Below, piece after piece: positions 30,112 through 40,077 of a DNA stretch of 64,000 nt. Positions within the stretch are counted from its first letter, which is position 1, and each line of letters starts with the position of its first letter. A program made the translations under genes and the position numbers. The notes beneath the pieces were generated by a model. The model made no database searches. It was not told the DNA's origin and saw only the letters and a list, made by a program, of their open reading frames with translations. Source of the DNA: an uncultured Actinomycetota bacterium. GTDB lineage: Bacteria > Actinomycetota > Actinomycetes > JAFAQI01. The stretch lies in NCBI GenBank assembly GCA_963770565.1, contig CAVYQE010000011.1, positions 32,001 through 96,000 on the forward strand, given 5' to 3'.

Positions 30112-31055
30112 CTCTGCCCGTTCTCGCCGTGGCCGAGCTCGGCCGGCGCGAGGCAGCGGTTGCGGGCCTCGACCTGGAACCGCGGCTCGCCGAGGCTCCA
30201 ACGCAGCGTGCCGAGCAGAACCCGCGCGGACTGTTGCGTCAACGTGCGCTCGAGCAGATGTGGCACGGTCCCGGCCAGGCGGGGGCGGCTGCCGTAGAGC
30301 CGGCGGGCCCAGCCGGGCATGGTGTCGAACGCGGCGCGGGTGATCACCAGGCTGGCCGCCTTCGACACCGGGTCCGGGCCGAACGGCCGGCGGAAGAAGT
30401 CCGCGAGATCGGCGGTCTCCTCGGCGAAGGTCAGCAGTGGCCGCATCCCGGTGAAGTAGTCCTCGACCTCGGCCCTGCTGCTCGGTACCTCGCCGGTCGC
30501 CCCCAACTCGGTCGCGAACCTGGAGTACTGCGCGTAGTACTCGTCGATCCGCGTCCCTGACACCGGTCGCGGGTGGTAGCGCAGGTGGGCGCTCATCACG
30601 CAATGCGCCTGGGTCATCGCGGTCCAGATCAGCTGGTCGGAGTCGTCGGCGGCGTACGGGCGGCCGTCCGGCATCGTGCCGCGCACCTGCCGGTGCAGCT
30701 TGCGGACCAGATCGCAGGTGCGCTCGACGACTGGGGTCGATCCCCAGGTCATCGCGTTGACGAACGACGCGGTGCGGCCGAGCCGGGCGAGCGGGTCATC
30801 GCTGTACGACGAGTGCTGGTTGGTGCCGTACATGGTCGGCTGGTGCAACGCGCCGAGGAGCAGGCCGGATAGGCCGCCGACCAGTCCGGCGACATCGGCA
30901 TGGACGTACCAGATCGCGCTGTCCGGCCCGAACAGCCCGGGGTCGCCGGCCGGCTCGCTGAACTGCACGCCGGGCAGTCCGTCGGCGCCGACGGTGCGGA
31001 ACCAGCCATGCCGGATGACCGACTTCGGGGCGCCGACCAGGGTGGCCAGGTCCAT
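30108..31055 (-). CDS. Oxygenase MpaB-family (DUF2236) protein
   Basis: GDPGLFGPDS..W.VH, RLGRTASFV, H..V.G..PDGRPYAADD. Confidence 0.82.
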   Translation of the reverse strand: MDLATLVGAPKSVIRHGWFRTVGADGLPGVQFSEPAGDPGLFGPDSAIWYVHADVAGLVGGLSGLLLGALHQPTMYGTNQHSSYSDDPLARLGRTASFVNAMTWGSTPVVERTCDLVRKLHRQVRGTMPDGRPYAADDSDQLIWTAMTQAHCVMSAHLRYHPRPVSGTRIDEYYAQYSRFATELGATGEVPSSRAEVEDYFTGMRPLLTFAEETADLADFFRRPFGPDPVSKAASLVITRAAFDTMPGWARRLYGSRPRLAGTVPHLLERTLTQQSARVLLGTLRWSLGEPRFQVEARNRCLAPAELGHGENGQS

Positions 31056-31139
31056 CACATGACAGTACGGTGTGGACAACCGAGCGCGATCGTCGAGCGT
31101 CTACTGGACGACCACGCATCGAGACGGTTAGGCGGCCGG

Positions 31140-33074
31140 GTGAGCATCGGGGCAGCGTCCGGCTCGCGTTGGCGCGGCCTCGACGGGCTCCGCGCTCTCG
31201 CGGTCATCGCCGTTGTCATCTATCACTTCTCGCCGCTGACGCTGCCGGGCGGCTTTCTCGGGGTCGACGTCTTCTTCGGGATCAGCGGTTATCTGATCAC
31301 CCGGTTGCTCACCGAGGAGTTCCTTCGCAGGGGCCGGATCGACGTCCCGCAGTTCTACCGGCGGCGGGCGCGCCGGCTGCTTCCGGCGCTCGCCGTGGTG
31401 CTCGCGGCGGTCAGCGTCGCCGCGCTGGTGTGGCGCGACCAGCTGGCCACGGTCCGCGGCGGAGTGCTGGCGGCGGGGGCGTTCGTCGCGAACTGGTGGC
31501 TGGCGTTCGATCATCAGCCCTACTTCGTCTCCACCGGGCGCCCGAGCATGCTCCAGCATCTGTGGTCACTCGGCGTCGAGGAGCAGTTCTACTTGCTATG
31601 GCCGCTGCTTACCGCGGCGATGCTCGCCGCCGGCCGCCGCCGTGCCGCCCTGCGAGGCGGATCCCGGCGCCGGGTGGTGCTGCGGCTGTGCGGGCTCGCC
31701 GTGCTGGCCGCGTTCGCCTCGACCGCGTTGACCTGGTGGCTCGCCGACCTGCACAACGTGCCGTACGGCGACGATGGATCGTTGCTTTACTACGGCACCG
31801 ACACGCACTGCATGGGCCTACTGCTCGGCGCCGCGCTCGGCGCGTGGGCAGCGGCCGGCGGGATCGCCTCGGCGCACCGGCTCGCCTGGCAGCGGCGTAC
31901 CGAGCAGGCTGCGGGCTGGCTCGCCCTCGCCGGCCTCGCAGTCTTGATGTGGCGGCTGGCGGACTACTCCCACTCGCTGTATCGCGGCGACTTCCTGCTG
32001 GTGGCGGCACTCGTCGTCGTGGTGATCGCGGTCGCGACCCGGCCGGGCAGCACTTTCGGCACCGCACTCGACTGGCAGCCACTGCGCTGGATCGGCGTGC
32101 GGTCCTACAGCATCTATCTCTGGCACTGGCCGATCGCCGTGGTCACCCGGCCGGGCCTGGACACGACGATGCCGCTCTGGCTCGACCAGCTGCTCCGGAT
32201 CGCGTTGACGGTCGGGTTGTCCGACGCGACGTACCGGTGGGTCGAGACTCCGGTCCGCCGGCTCGGCATCCGTACCGCGCTGGAGAACGCAGCGACCTCG
32301 ATCCGCACCCAGTGGCGGCGGATCCCACCGCGGCCTACGGTCGCGGGTCCGATCGTGACGGCTGCGCTGCTCGTCGTCGGCATCCTGGTCATCGTCGTCG
32401 GTCCGGCTGCACCGCAACCGACCGCGGCATCCGGAGCGAGCCATGGCGGCCGCCATCTCTCGCTGTCCGGCGGGCACCAACCTGTCGGCCCGGCCGGCAA
32501 CGGTCACCCGCCCGCAACCGGCAGGTCGCACCCCGGCACGTCGCACCCCGGCTCGTCCAACCCGGGCGCGACGCACCAGATCCCGTTGCCCAAGCTCAGC
32601 GGGTTCGGCGACTCGGTGCTACTGGGCGCGCGCCACGCATTGTCGAAGGTGTTCCCGGGCGGGAGCATCGACGCGGTCGTCGCCAGACAGCCGGGCCCGA
32701 TCCTGGCGGACGTTCGCGCCGATGCCCGGGCCGGCCGGCTCGAGCCGTTCGTGGTCCTGCACCTCGGCAACAACGGCCTGATCCAGCCGTCCGACCTGCA
32801 GCGGACCTTGCACCTGCTCTCGGCCGCCAAGCTGGTCCTCGTACTGAACGACCACCTCGATCCCTACGACCACAACTGGCAGAAGCCCAACAACGCCACG
32901 ATCAACAAGGTCGTGCCGGCGTTCGCCAATGCCCGGATCCTGGACTGGAACTCGATCGCCGGTGCGCACCACAACTGGCTGTATCCCGACGACCTTCACC
33001 TCACTCTGAGCGGCGCGGTCGCTTATGCCAAACTCCTGGCGGCGACATATCGAGCCGACGTACCGCGCGGCTGA
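31140..33074 (+). CDS. Acyltransferase-3 plus SGNH (OatA-like O-acetyltransferase)
   Basis: LDGLRALAV, GVDVFF, RRARRL, HLWSLGVEEQFY; C-terminal GDSV, LGNN, DDLH. Confidence 0.88.
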   Translation: MSIGAASGSRWRGLDGLRALAVIAVVIYHFSPLTLPGGFLGVDVFFGISGYLITRLLTEEFLRRGRIDVPQFYRRRARRLLPALAVVLAAVSVAALVWRDQLATVRGGVLAAGAFVANWWLAFDHQPYFVSTGRPSMLQHLWSLGVEEQFYLLWPLLTAAMLAAGRRRAALRGGSRRRVVLRLCGLAVLAAFASTALTWWLADLHNVPYGDDGSLLYYGTDTHCMGLLLGAALGAWAAAGGIASAHRLAWQRRTEQAAGWLALAGLAVLMWRLADYSHSLYRGDFLLVAALVVVVIAVATRPGSTFGTALDWQPLRWIGVRSYSIYLWHWPIAVVTRPGLDTTMPLWLDQLLRIALTVGLSDATYRWVETPVRRLGIRTALENAATSIRTQWRRIPPRPTVAGPIVTAALLVVGILVIVVGPAAPQPTAASGASHGGRHLSLSGGHQPVGPAGNGHPPATGRSHPGTSHPGSSNPGATHQIPLPKLSGFGDSVLLGARHALSKVFPGGSIDAVVARQPGPILADVRADARAGRLEPFVVLHLGNNGLIQPSDLQRTLHLLSAAKLVLVLNDHLDPYDHNWQKPNNATINKVVPAFANARILDWNSIAGAHHNWLYPDDLHLTLSGAVAYAKLLAATYRADVPRG

Positions 33075-33102
33075 GATTTCGGGTCGCCGCAAGGGGGACG
33101 AA

Positions 33103-33735
33103 ATGCTGCCGGGTGAAGGCGCGCGCGTGTGCGGGCCGAGCGACGTCGACACGGTGGTCGAAATCCTCGTCGACTCCTTCTACGACGACACGACGTGGAG
33201 TTGGGTGTTCCCCGACCCCGACCGCCGGCGCGACCAGCAGCGAGTGCTCTGGCAGGCGCTCGTCTCCGGAGCGATCCGCTACCCGACCGTCTGGCTGTCG
33301 GCCGGCGACACCTCGGCCGCGGTGTGGATCCCGCCGGAGGGGACCGAGCTGAGCGAGGACCAGCAATCCGCGCTGGTCGAGTCGATGACCGAACTGCTCG
33401 GTGACGAGGCGCCGCGGGTGTTTCGTGTGTTCGAGGCGTTCGAGAAGGCACACCCCACCGACGAGCCGCACTACCTGCTGTCGTTGCTCGGAACAGCGGT
33501 TGCCCACCAGGGTCACGGTTACGGCCTCGGCCTGCTGGCCGAGACGTTGACAGTCGTTGATGACGCGGACATGCCGGCGTACCTCGAGGCGAGCAATCCG
33601 GCGAACGTCGCGCTCTACCAGCGGTACGGCTTCGAGTTGTGCGGGTCGTTCGCGTTGCCCGACGGCGGCGACGACGTGCCGACCATGTGGCGCCACCGAA
33701 AGAGCGAACGAAACCAGCGGTCGCGACCCAGCTGA
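33103..33735 (+). CDS. GNAT acetyltransferase
   Basis: HYLLSLLG..HQGHGYG, AYLEAS..NVALYQRYGF. Confidence 0.88.
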   Translation: MLPGEGARVCGPSDVDTVVEILVDSFYDDTTWSWVFPDPDRRRDQQRVLWQALVSGAIRYPTVWLSAGDTSAAVWIPPEGTELSEDQQSALVESMTELLGDEAPRVFRVFEAFEKAHPTDEPHYLLSLLGTAVAHQGHGYGLGLLAETLTVVDDADMPAYLEASNPANVALYQRYGFELCGSFALPDGGDDVPTMWRHRKSERNQRSRPS

Positions 33736-33885
33736 TCGCAGGAACGGTCATACCCTGACCGAACCAGCGGCTGCCGACAGTTCCGGTTGGTTATCAACAA
33801 GCCCATAGGTAGTAGACCACCGCGCGGATCGGCGCCGCGAGTTCGGGCTGGCCGATCGACGCGTTTGAGCCGCTCCCGGTCCGAG

Positions 33886-33905
33886 GACGTTTCCGCGGAA
33901 ACGTC
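33886..33905. repeat. Perfect 20-bp palindrome
   Basis: GACGTTTCCGCGGAAACGTC. Confidence 0.85.
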
Positions 33906-33947
33906 TTGGGTTCCTTGTGGTGCCAAGCGGCGCCCTATCCTCGCGGG

Positions 33948-34451
33948 GTGAGCGACGATTACCTCAGCGACACCTCGACGACGGCGGGCGAGCGCGAGCA
34001 GATCGAGTCGTTCGTGCATGACTCCCGGATGGAGGTCGTCGGGCTGCTCGACGGCGTCACCGATGAGCAGGCCCGGCGTCGGCTGGTGCCGTCGCGGACA
34101 ACGCTGCTTGGCCTGGTGAAGCATGCGACGTTTGTCGAACGGGTGTGGTTCGAGGTCGCGATCGCAGGACGGACCCGCGCCGAGCTCGGCCTGCCTGAGA
34201 ACTCTGAAGAGAGCTTCGAGCTGACCGCTGAGGACACCATCAAGTCGGTACGGGCGGACTACCGGCGGGCGTGGCGGAGTGCGGAGGAGATCGCGGCCGA
34301 GCACAACCTGGACGACCTGGCGCTGCACAACCGGATGAGTCCGATGTCCCTGCGGTGGATCCTGCTCCACATCATCGAGGAGCTCGCGCGGCATGCCGGG
34401 CACGGCGACATCCTGAAGGAGCAGATCCTCGCGTCGGACGGCACCGACTAG
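33948..34451 (+). CDS. DinB family (DUF664) protein
   Basis: TTLLGLVKH, SLRWILLHIIEELARHAGHGDI; TATCCT-N6-GTG. Confidence 0.88.
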   Translation: MSDDYLSDTSTTAGEREQIESFVHDSRMEVVGLLDGVTDEQARRRLVPSRTTLLGLVKHATFVERVWFEVAIAGRTRAELGLPENSEESFELTAEDTIKSVRADYRRAWRSAEEIAAEHNLDDLALHNRMSPMSLRWILLHIIEELARHAGHGDILKEQILASDGTD

Positions 34452-34460
34452 CGGTCCAAC

Positions 34461-36485
34461 CTATGGAGCGCGCATCGACACCTTGAGGACACGCCCGCCG
34501 AGCTGGCCGGTCAAGGTGGCGCGAGCATTCTTCTGGCGGGTGTTCCAGCTCGCGGTCACCGTGCCGTTCGCAAGCGATCCCGACACGGTCCGGCCGGCAC
34601 GGTTGACGCGACCGACGGTCAGCTGACAGGTCAACGTGTGCAGGTACGGCTTCCAGATCATCGTGCCGCTGACCGCCAGGTCGCGGTCGAGGCGGTAGCG
34701 ATGGATGTGGAACCGAACCGTGTGCAACCCACCGGTGTAGGTGTACCGCCCGCCGTACAAGCCGATGCCGTGACCGGAGTAGTTGTTGTACCAGCGGTCG
34801 ATCAGGTCAGCCATCGTCTCCGCGGCCGCGGCGGCGGCGCGACGGCCGAGCACGCCGACTGCGTTGCCCAAGTCTGCAGTGGCCGGCGCCTGCTTGGTGA
34901 ACGACGGGTAGTAACGGCCGAGCGCGCGCACCGGCGGCACCTGTTTCGCGCACCGCAGGTCGGACCCGCTCAGATGCTTCGGATGCGCGACGAACGCGCG
35001 CACGATCGAGCTGCCGCACCCGTCGGTGTCGTCCTCAGCCGTCACGTGGAAGCTGTTGGCGACGATGACGTGCCGGGCGTCCGGGAACTCCGCCTTGACC
35101 AGATCGCCCTCGGCCGGCGTCGTGATCGAGTCGAGCGAGCCGGTCAGGATCAGCGTCGGCACTGACGGGTAGTGGCCGGACGGCGGTGCCGGCGGGCCGG
35201 CCTTGTGCGCGGCCGACGGCGACGGCCACTTCAGGCACCAGTTCGCCTCTGCCCAGTCCGAGTGCAGGTATTCCTCGATCGTGAACGGCGCGTAGACCTT
35301 GGGATCGGTCTTCTGCTCCTGCTTCACCGCGGCCTTGTATTGGGTGAGCCGCTCGGCCGGCGAGTCGGCCATGTCGTAGAGCTGCGGATAGTCCTCGCAC
35401 GACACGGCCGCATCGTCACCCTCGCTGTACGCCGACGCCGCTCCGTCGTAGGAGGACGAGTCGACGTTCTCCGCGACCAGGCGCAACAGCGGCGCGCGAT
35501 CGCCGTGCAGCGCCGAGCGCAGCGCGGCAGTGAACTCGCGGTAGTACTCCGGGCCGTAGGTCGCGCCGAACGCGACCGCGACCAGCGCAGCTCCGGTGAC
35601 CACGGCGTGGTGCCTTACGCCGTCTGCGTCGTACGCGATCCCGCGGTACGGCTGCTTGCGCACCTGGTCGAGCACCTTGGTCAGCAACCCGATCGGCGTG
35701 CCTCCCGCGGACTTGCAGGTGGGGGAGCGGCGGCACGCGGTGGTCATCGAGTACTGCATCGCGTGGGTCTGGGTCGGATACCACTGGGTCTCGCCGGTCG
35801 GCGGGTAGGCGCTGTCGAGGACGATGCTGCGGATCTGGTTCGGGTGCCGGCCCGCGAAGACCTGGGTGAAGAACGTGCCGTAGGAGTCGCCGTACACGTC
35901 GACCTTGCCGAGCTTGAGCGCCCGGATCACGGCCGACTGGTCGTCCGCGGCGAGCTTGCTGCCGTAGAGGTCGGCGTGGTCGCCGAGCTGCTTCGCGCAC
36001 TTCGCCGCGGCGGTGTCGTAGGCGCCGTGCAGGTTCTGCAGGCCGGGGCAGTCGATCGGTGCGCTCAGGCCGGTGCCGCGCTGGTCGATCAGCAGAAGGT
36101 TGCGCCGACGCAATAGCGCGCCGTACATCCCCGCGTAGTCGACGCCGCTTCCGGTCGTGCTGTAGCCGGGCCCGCCCTCGTGCGGTACGACGGTGCCGAG
36201 CACCGGGTCCTTCTGGTCACTCGCCGGCACGAAGGCGAAGCCGATCGACACGTCGCCCTTGACCTCGCCGCTGGGATCCCACGGCCGCTTCAGCCGACCG
36301 CAGTAGGCGTGCGGCACGACCTTGCAACGGCTGAGCACGAGCGTCCCGACCCGCAGCTGCGCGACCCCCGGCCGCGGAGCCGGCGCCGATCGAGCGGCCT
36401 GCGCCGCGACCGGCGCCGAGACGGAAACCGCCGCAACCAATGCGGCGCTGAGGACGAGGGCGCGCGTTGCGCGGGTTCCCAGCAC
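34461..36485 (-). CDS. Secreted alpha/beta hydrolase (TAP-like peptidase) with C-terminal extension
   Basis: Signal peptide; GGPG, DQRGTG, GDSYG, D..T, H. Confidence 0.82.
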   Translation of the reverse strand: MLGTRATRALVLSAALVAAVSVSAPVAAQAARSAPAPRPGVAQLRVGTLVLSRCKVVPHAYCGRLKRPWDPSGEVKGDVSIGFAFVPASDQKDPVLGTVVPHEGGPGYSTTGSGVDYAGMYGALLRRRNLLLIDQRGTGLSAPIDCPGLQNLHGAYDTAAAKCAKQLGDHADLYGSKLAADDQSAVIRALKLGKVDVYGDSYGTFFTQVFAGRHPNQIRSIVLDSAYPPTGETQWYPTQTHAMQYSMTTACRRSPTCKSAGGTPIGLLTKVLDQVRKQPYRGIAYDADGVRHHAVVTGAALVAVAFGATYGPEYYREFTAALRSALHGDRAPLLRLVAENVDSSSYDGAASAYSEGDDAAVSCEDYPQLYDMADSPAERLTQYKAAVKQEQKTDPKVYAPFTIEEYLHSDWAEANWCLKWPSPSAAHKAGPPAPPSGHYPSVPTLILTGSLDSITTPAEGDLVKAEFPDARHVIVANSFHVTAEDDTDGCGSSIVRAFVAHPKHLSGSDLRCAKQVPPVRALGRYYPSFTKQAPATADLGNAVGVLGRRAAAAAAETMADLIDRWYNNYSGHGIGLYGGRYTYTGGLHTVRFHIHRYRLDRDLAVSGTMIWKPYLHTLTCQLTVGRVNRAGRTVSGSLANGTVTASWNTRQKNARATLTGQLGGRVLKVSMRAP

Positions 36486-36579
36486 GGGCTGACCTTAGCC
36501 ACCGGGCCGGTGTGGTGTCCGCCGAAGTTCTTCCGGGGAACTATTCACTCAGAGTATACGTCGGGTGTATGGTGCCCGC

Positions 36580-37104
36580 ATGAGCGTTCCCCTGACCCTG
36601 CTGGGCCTGCTCGAGCGCGAGCCGAGCCACGGGTATGACCTCAAGCGTGACTACGACGCCTACTTCGGGCGCGGGAAGCCGTTGCCGTTCGGTCAGGTGT
36701 ACGCAACCCTTGCCCGGCTGGCCCGTGACGGGCTGGTCCTCGCGGCCGAGAGCGAGCCGGGCGCAGGTCCCGATCGCAAGCGGTACGTGATCACCGACCA
36801 GGGCGCCACCGAGCTCGACCGCTGGCTGACCGAGCCGGCCAAGCCCGAGCCGCACCTGCAGTCGATCTTGTTCGTCAAGGTGGTGCTCGCGCTCATGCTG
36901 GGCCGGCCGGCCGAGGAGTATCTCGACCTCCAGCGCGCGGCCCACCTTCAGCGGATGCGTGAGTTGACGGAGACCCGTCGCAGCGGCGGTCTGGTCGATG
37001 CCTTGCTCGCCGACTACGGCTTGTTCCACCTCGAAGCCGACCTGCGCTGGATCGATCTCACCGCTGCCCGGCTCGAGTCCCTAGCGAAAGAAGTGACGTC
37101 ATGA
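36580..37104 (+). CDS. PadR-family regulator
   Basis: HGYDLK, GQVYATLARL, RKRYVIT..G; PadR C-terminal domain. Confidence 0.9.
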   Translation: MSVPLTLLGLLEREPSHGYDLKRDYDAYFGRGKPLPFGQVYATLARLARDGLVLAAESEPGAGPDRKRYVITDQGATELDRWLTEPAKPEPHLQSILFVKVVLALMLGRPAEEYLDLQRAAHLQRMRELTETRRSGGLVDALLADYGLFHLEADLRWIDLTAARLESLAKEVTS

Positions 37105-37787
37105 CCGCAACCGTCGAGGCCCGTGACGCGAGGCTCTCGTTCGGCGAGACGCCTGCACTGCAAGGGGCCAGCATCTATGTCGAGGCCGGCGAGATCCTCG
37201 CGGTCATGGGCCCCAGCGGCTCCGGCAAGTCGACCCTCCTGCACTGCCTGGCCGGCATCCTGGTGCCGTCCTCGGGAGAGATCTACTACGGCGGCAAGCG
37301 GATCGACACCCTCGGCGAGAACGCGCGCAGCGCGCTCCGCCGCGACCGGTTCGGCTTCGTGTTCCAGTTCGGCCAGCTCGTGCCAGAGCTCAGCGCCGAA
37401 GAGAACATCGCCCTGCCGCTACTGCTCGGCGGGGTGGAACGCGATGAAGCGATCGGCCGGGCCCGCGGCTGGTTCGACCGGCTCGACCTCGACGGGACGC
37501 AGGGGCGCCGGTCCGGGGAGCTCTCCGGCGGCCAGGCCCAGCGGGTCGCGTTGGCGCGCGGCCTGGTCGCGCAGCCCGAGGTGCTCTTCGCCGACGAACC
37601 GACCGGATCGCTCGACTCGCTCACCGGCGAGCACGTCATGGAGCTGCTGGTCGGTGCGGCCCGCGACCTCGGGACGACGGTGGTCCTGGTGACCCACGAA
37701 CCCAGGGTGGCGGCGTACGCCGACCGGGAGGTCATCGTGCGCGACGGCAAGGTCAACCAGCTTGCGCCGAGCGCCGCGCCGTCATGA
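37101..37787 (+). CDS. ABC ATP-binding protein (LolD/MacB-like)
   Basis: GPSGSGKST, LSGGQAQR, ADEPTG. Confidence 0.92.
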   Translation: MTATVEARDARLSFGETPALQGASIYVEAGEILAVMGPSGSGKSTLLHCLAGILVPSSGEIYYGGKRIDTLGENARSALRRDRFGFVFQFGQLVPELSAEENIALPLLLGGVERDEAIGRARGWFDRLDLDGTQGRRSGELSGGQAQRVALARGLVAQPEVLFADEPTGSLDSLTGEHVMELLVGAARDLGTTVVLVTHEPRVAAYADREVIVRDGKVNQLAPSAAPS

Positions 37788-40054
37788 TCCGCCTCGGGCT
37801 GCGGCTCACGCTCAACGGCGGTCGCGAGACTCTCCTTCGCGTCCTGGTCACCGCCGCAGCCGTGGCGCTGGGTGTCGGCATGCTGCTCATCACGGTTGCC
37901 GGCCTCAACGCGGTCAACGCGCAGAACGCGCGATACGGCTGGCTCGAGACCGGCGCCGAGCCCCCCGCGCCGGCGGCCCAGCAGACCAACGGCCCTGATC
38001 CGTTGTGGTGGCTGCTGACCGCTGACGTGTTCGACGGTCATCAGATCGGCCGGGTGGACATCGCGGCCACCGGCCCGACTTCGACAGTGCCGCCGGGGAT
38101 GTCGCGGATCCCCGCTGCCGGCCAGTACTACGCCTCGCCGGCACTCGCCGCGCTGCTCAAGACGACGCCGGCGGCGGAGCTGGCCGCCCGTTATCCAGGC
38201 CACGAGGTCGGCCTGATCGGCTCCTCCGCGCTGCCCTCGCCGGACTCGCTGCTGATCGTGATCGGGCACAGCACCGCGCAGATGAGACATCTGCCCGGTG
38301 CGCAGGAGGTCGCATCGATCGCGACGAATCCGCCGAACGAATGCAACGGACCGTGCGCCAACTTGGGGATCGACAACAGCGGACTCGATCTGGTCTTCTC
38401 GATCGCCGCAGCGGCGCTGCTGTTCCCGATCCTGATCTTCATCGGTACGGCGTCGCGGTTGTCGAGCGCGCAACGCGATCGCCGGTTCGCCGCGATGCGC
38501 CTCGTTGGTGCCACCCCCGTGCAGATCTCGGTGATCTGTGCGGTCGAGTCGACGATCGCCGCCGTCGCCGGAGTCATCTTCGGTTTCGGGCTGTTCTTTG
38601 CGATTCGCCCGGCCATTGCGACCGTCCCGTTTACCGGCACCCGGTTCTTCCCCGGTGACCTGTCGCTCAGCCTCGTCGACATCGCCGTGGTCGCGATCGG
38701 AGTGCCGATTGCCGCGACCGTTGCGGCCCGGATCGCGATTCGCCGCGTGCAGACCTCACCGCTCGGCGTCAACCGGCACGTGACCCCGCCGAGCCCCAGG
38801 GCCTGGCGGTTGATCCCGGTCCTCGCCGGGCTGGGCGAGCTCGGCTACTTCGTGTACGCCGGCCAACCCGGCTCGACGTCAGGCCAGGTTGCGGCGTATC
38901 TGCCTGGCTTGCTCGTGACGATGGCCGGGCTGGTGATCGCCGGTCCCTGGCTGACGATGACCGGCGCGCGGCTGTTGACCCGTCGGGCGCGACGCCCAGC
39001 CGCGTTGATCGCCGGCCGGCGCCTGTCCGACCAGCCACAGGCATCGTTCCGGGCGATCAGCGGCCTGATGCTCGCGCTGTTCGTTACGACCGTGGCGATC
39101 GCGATCATCACCTCGGTCAGCGCATACAACGACGGCCCGGCGTTGCCCTCCGCTGCCAAGGCCACCGTGGTCGACCAGCTGACCAGCTTCATCCCCCCGG
39201 ACCATCTGGCGACCTCGGTTCCGTCACTGCCGGCTGGATTGCTGACGCAGTTGCACTCGCAGCCCGGCGTCACCGGGGTGTCGATCGTGCACGCCCTGTC
39301 CAAGCCGCGGACCGACCGCTCCGGTCTCGTCCCTTACCAGCCCCGCGGTCTCGTCGCGTGCGACGAGCTCGCCCGAACCCCCTCGATCGGCCGGTGCCTG
39401 GCCGGCGCGACCGCGGTCGTCGTGCAAGCCCAGGCGCAGGGCACCGACAGCCTCGGCGCATCGTCGCGGACCTGGCCGACGAGCACGATCTCGCCGGCCC
39501 GACTGGCCGCGTTGCCGGTGCAGTACGTCGTCGTCGCGACCAACGGCTCGACCCAGGCGATCGAGCAGGCGCGCACCACGCTCGAGCGTGCCTACCCGGT
39601 CCTGTACTCACCCGAAACGATTGCCGAGGGCCAGTCCCTCAGCTTCACGGCCCAGCGCACCGCCGAGTTTCGTCAGCTCGCCGATGTCGTGATCCTCGCC
39701 AGCCTGCCGATCGCCGGTTGCAGCCTCGCGGTGTCGGTCATCGCGGGTATCGGCGACCGTAAGCGGCCGTTCAGCCTGCTGCGGTTGACCGGTGCTCCGT
39801 TGTCGTTGTTGCGTCGAGTGATTGCGATCGAAAGCGCGTTGCCGCTGCTCGCGACCGCGGTCATCGCCATCGCCACCGGCTTCCTGGCCGCGGGTCTGTT
39901 CCTCAACTCGCAGCTGAGCGAGAGCCTGCGGGCCCCGGGGACGGGCTACTACCTGACCGTTGCCGCCGGCCTCGCGGCGTCGCTCGGGATCATCGGCACC
40001 ACGTTGCCGTTGCTGGCACGGATGACCGGACCGGAGACCGCGCGCAACGAGTGA
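37784..40054 (+). CDS. FtsX-like ABC permease
   Basis: Duplicated FtsX modules (RDRRFAAMRLVGAT; RKRPFSLLRLTGAP). Confidence 0.88.
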   Translation: MIRLGLRLTLNGGRETLLRVLVTAAAVALGVGMLLITVAGLNAVNAQNARYGWLETGAEPPAPAAQQTNGPDPLWWLLTADVFDGHQIGRVDIAATGPTSTVPPGMSRIPAAGQYYASPALAALLKTTPAAELAARYPGHEVGLIGSSALPSPDSLLIVIGHSTAQMRHLPGAQEVASIATNPPNECNGPCANLGIDNSGLDLVFSIAAAALLFPILIFIGTASRLSSAQRDRRFAAMRLVGATPVQISVICAVESTIAAVAGVIFGFGLFFAIRPAIATVPFTGTRFFPGDLSLSLVDIAVVAIGVPIAATVAARIAIRRVQTSPLGVNRHVTPPSPRAWRLIPVLAGLGELGYFVYAGQPGSTSGQVAAYLPGLLVTMAGLVIAGPWLTMTGARLLTRRARRPAALIAGRRLSDQPQASFRAISGLMLALFVTTVAIAIITSVSAYNDGPALPSAAKATVVDQLTSFIPPDHLATSVPSLPAGLLTQLHSQPGVTGVSIVHALSKPRTDRSGLVPYQPRGLVACDELARTPSIGRCLAGATAVVVQAQAQGTDSLGASSRTWPTSTISPARLAALPVQYVVVATNGSTQAIEQARTTLERAYPVLYSPETIAEGQSLSFTAQRTAEFRQLADVVILASLPIAGCSLAVSVIAGIGDRKRPFSLLRLTGAPLSLLRRVIAIESALPLLATAVIAIATGFLAAGLFLNSQLSESLRAPGTGYYLTVAAGLAASLGIIGTTLPLLARMTGPETARNE

Positions 40055-40077
40055 GGCGCGAGCGCGATCATTGAGCC

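Noticed and set aside
33023-33751. 242-aa minus-strand ORF behind the PafBC-like motif as a real gene
   Set aside because: Antisense to the GNAT gene, Arg/Pro-rich shadow composition, no recognisable domain.
33886-33905. True parS site
   Set aside because: Only 10 of 16 positions match TGTTTCACGTGAAACA and the central bases differ; kept only as parS-like.
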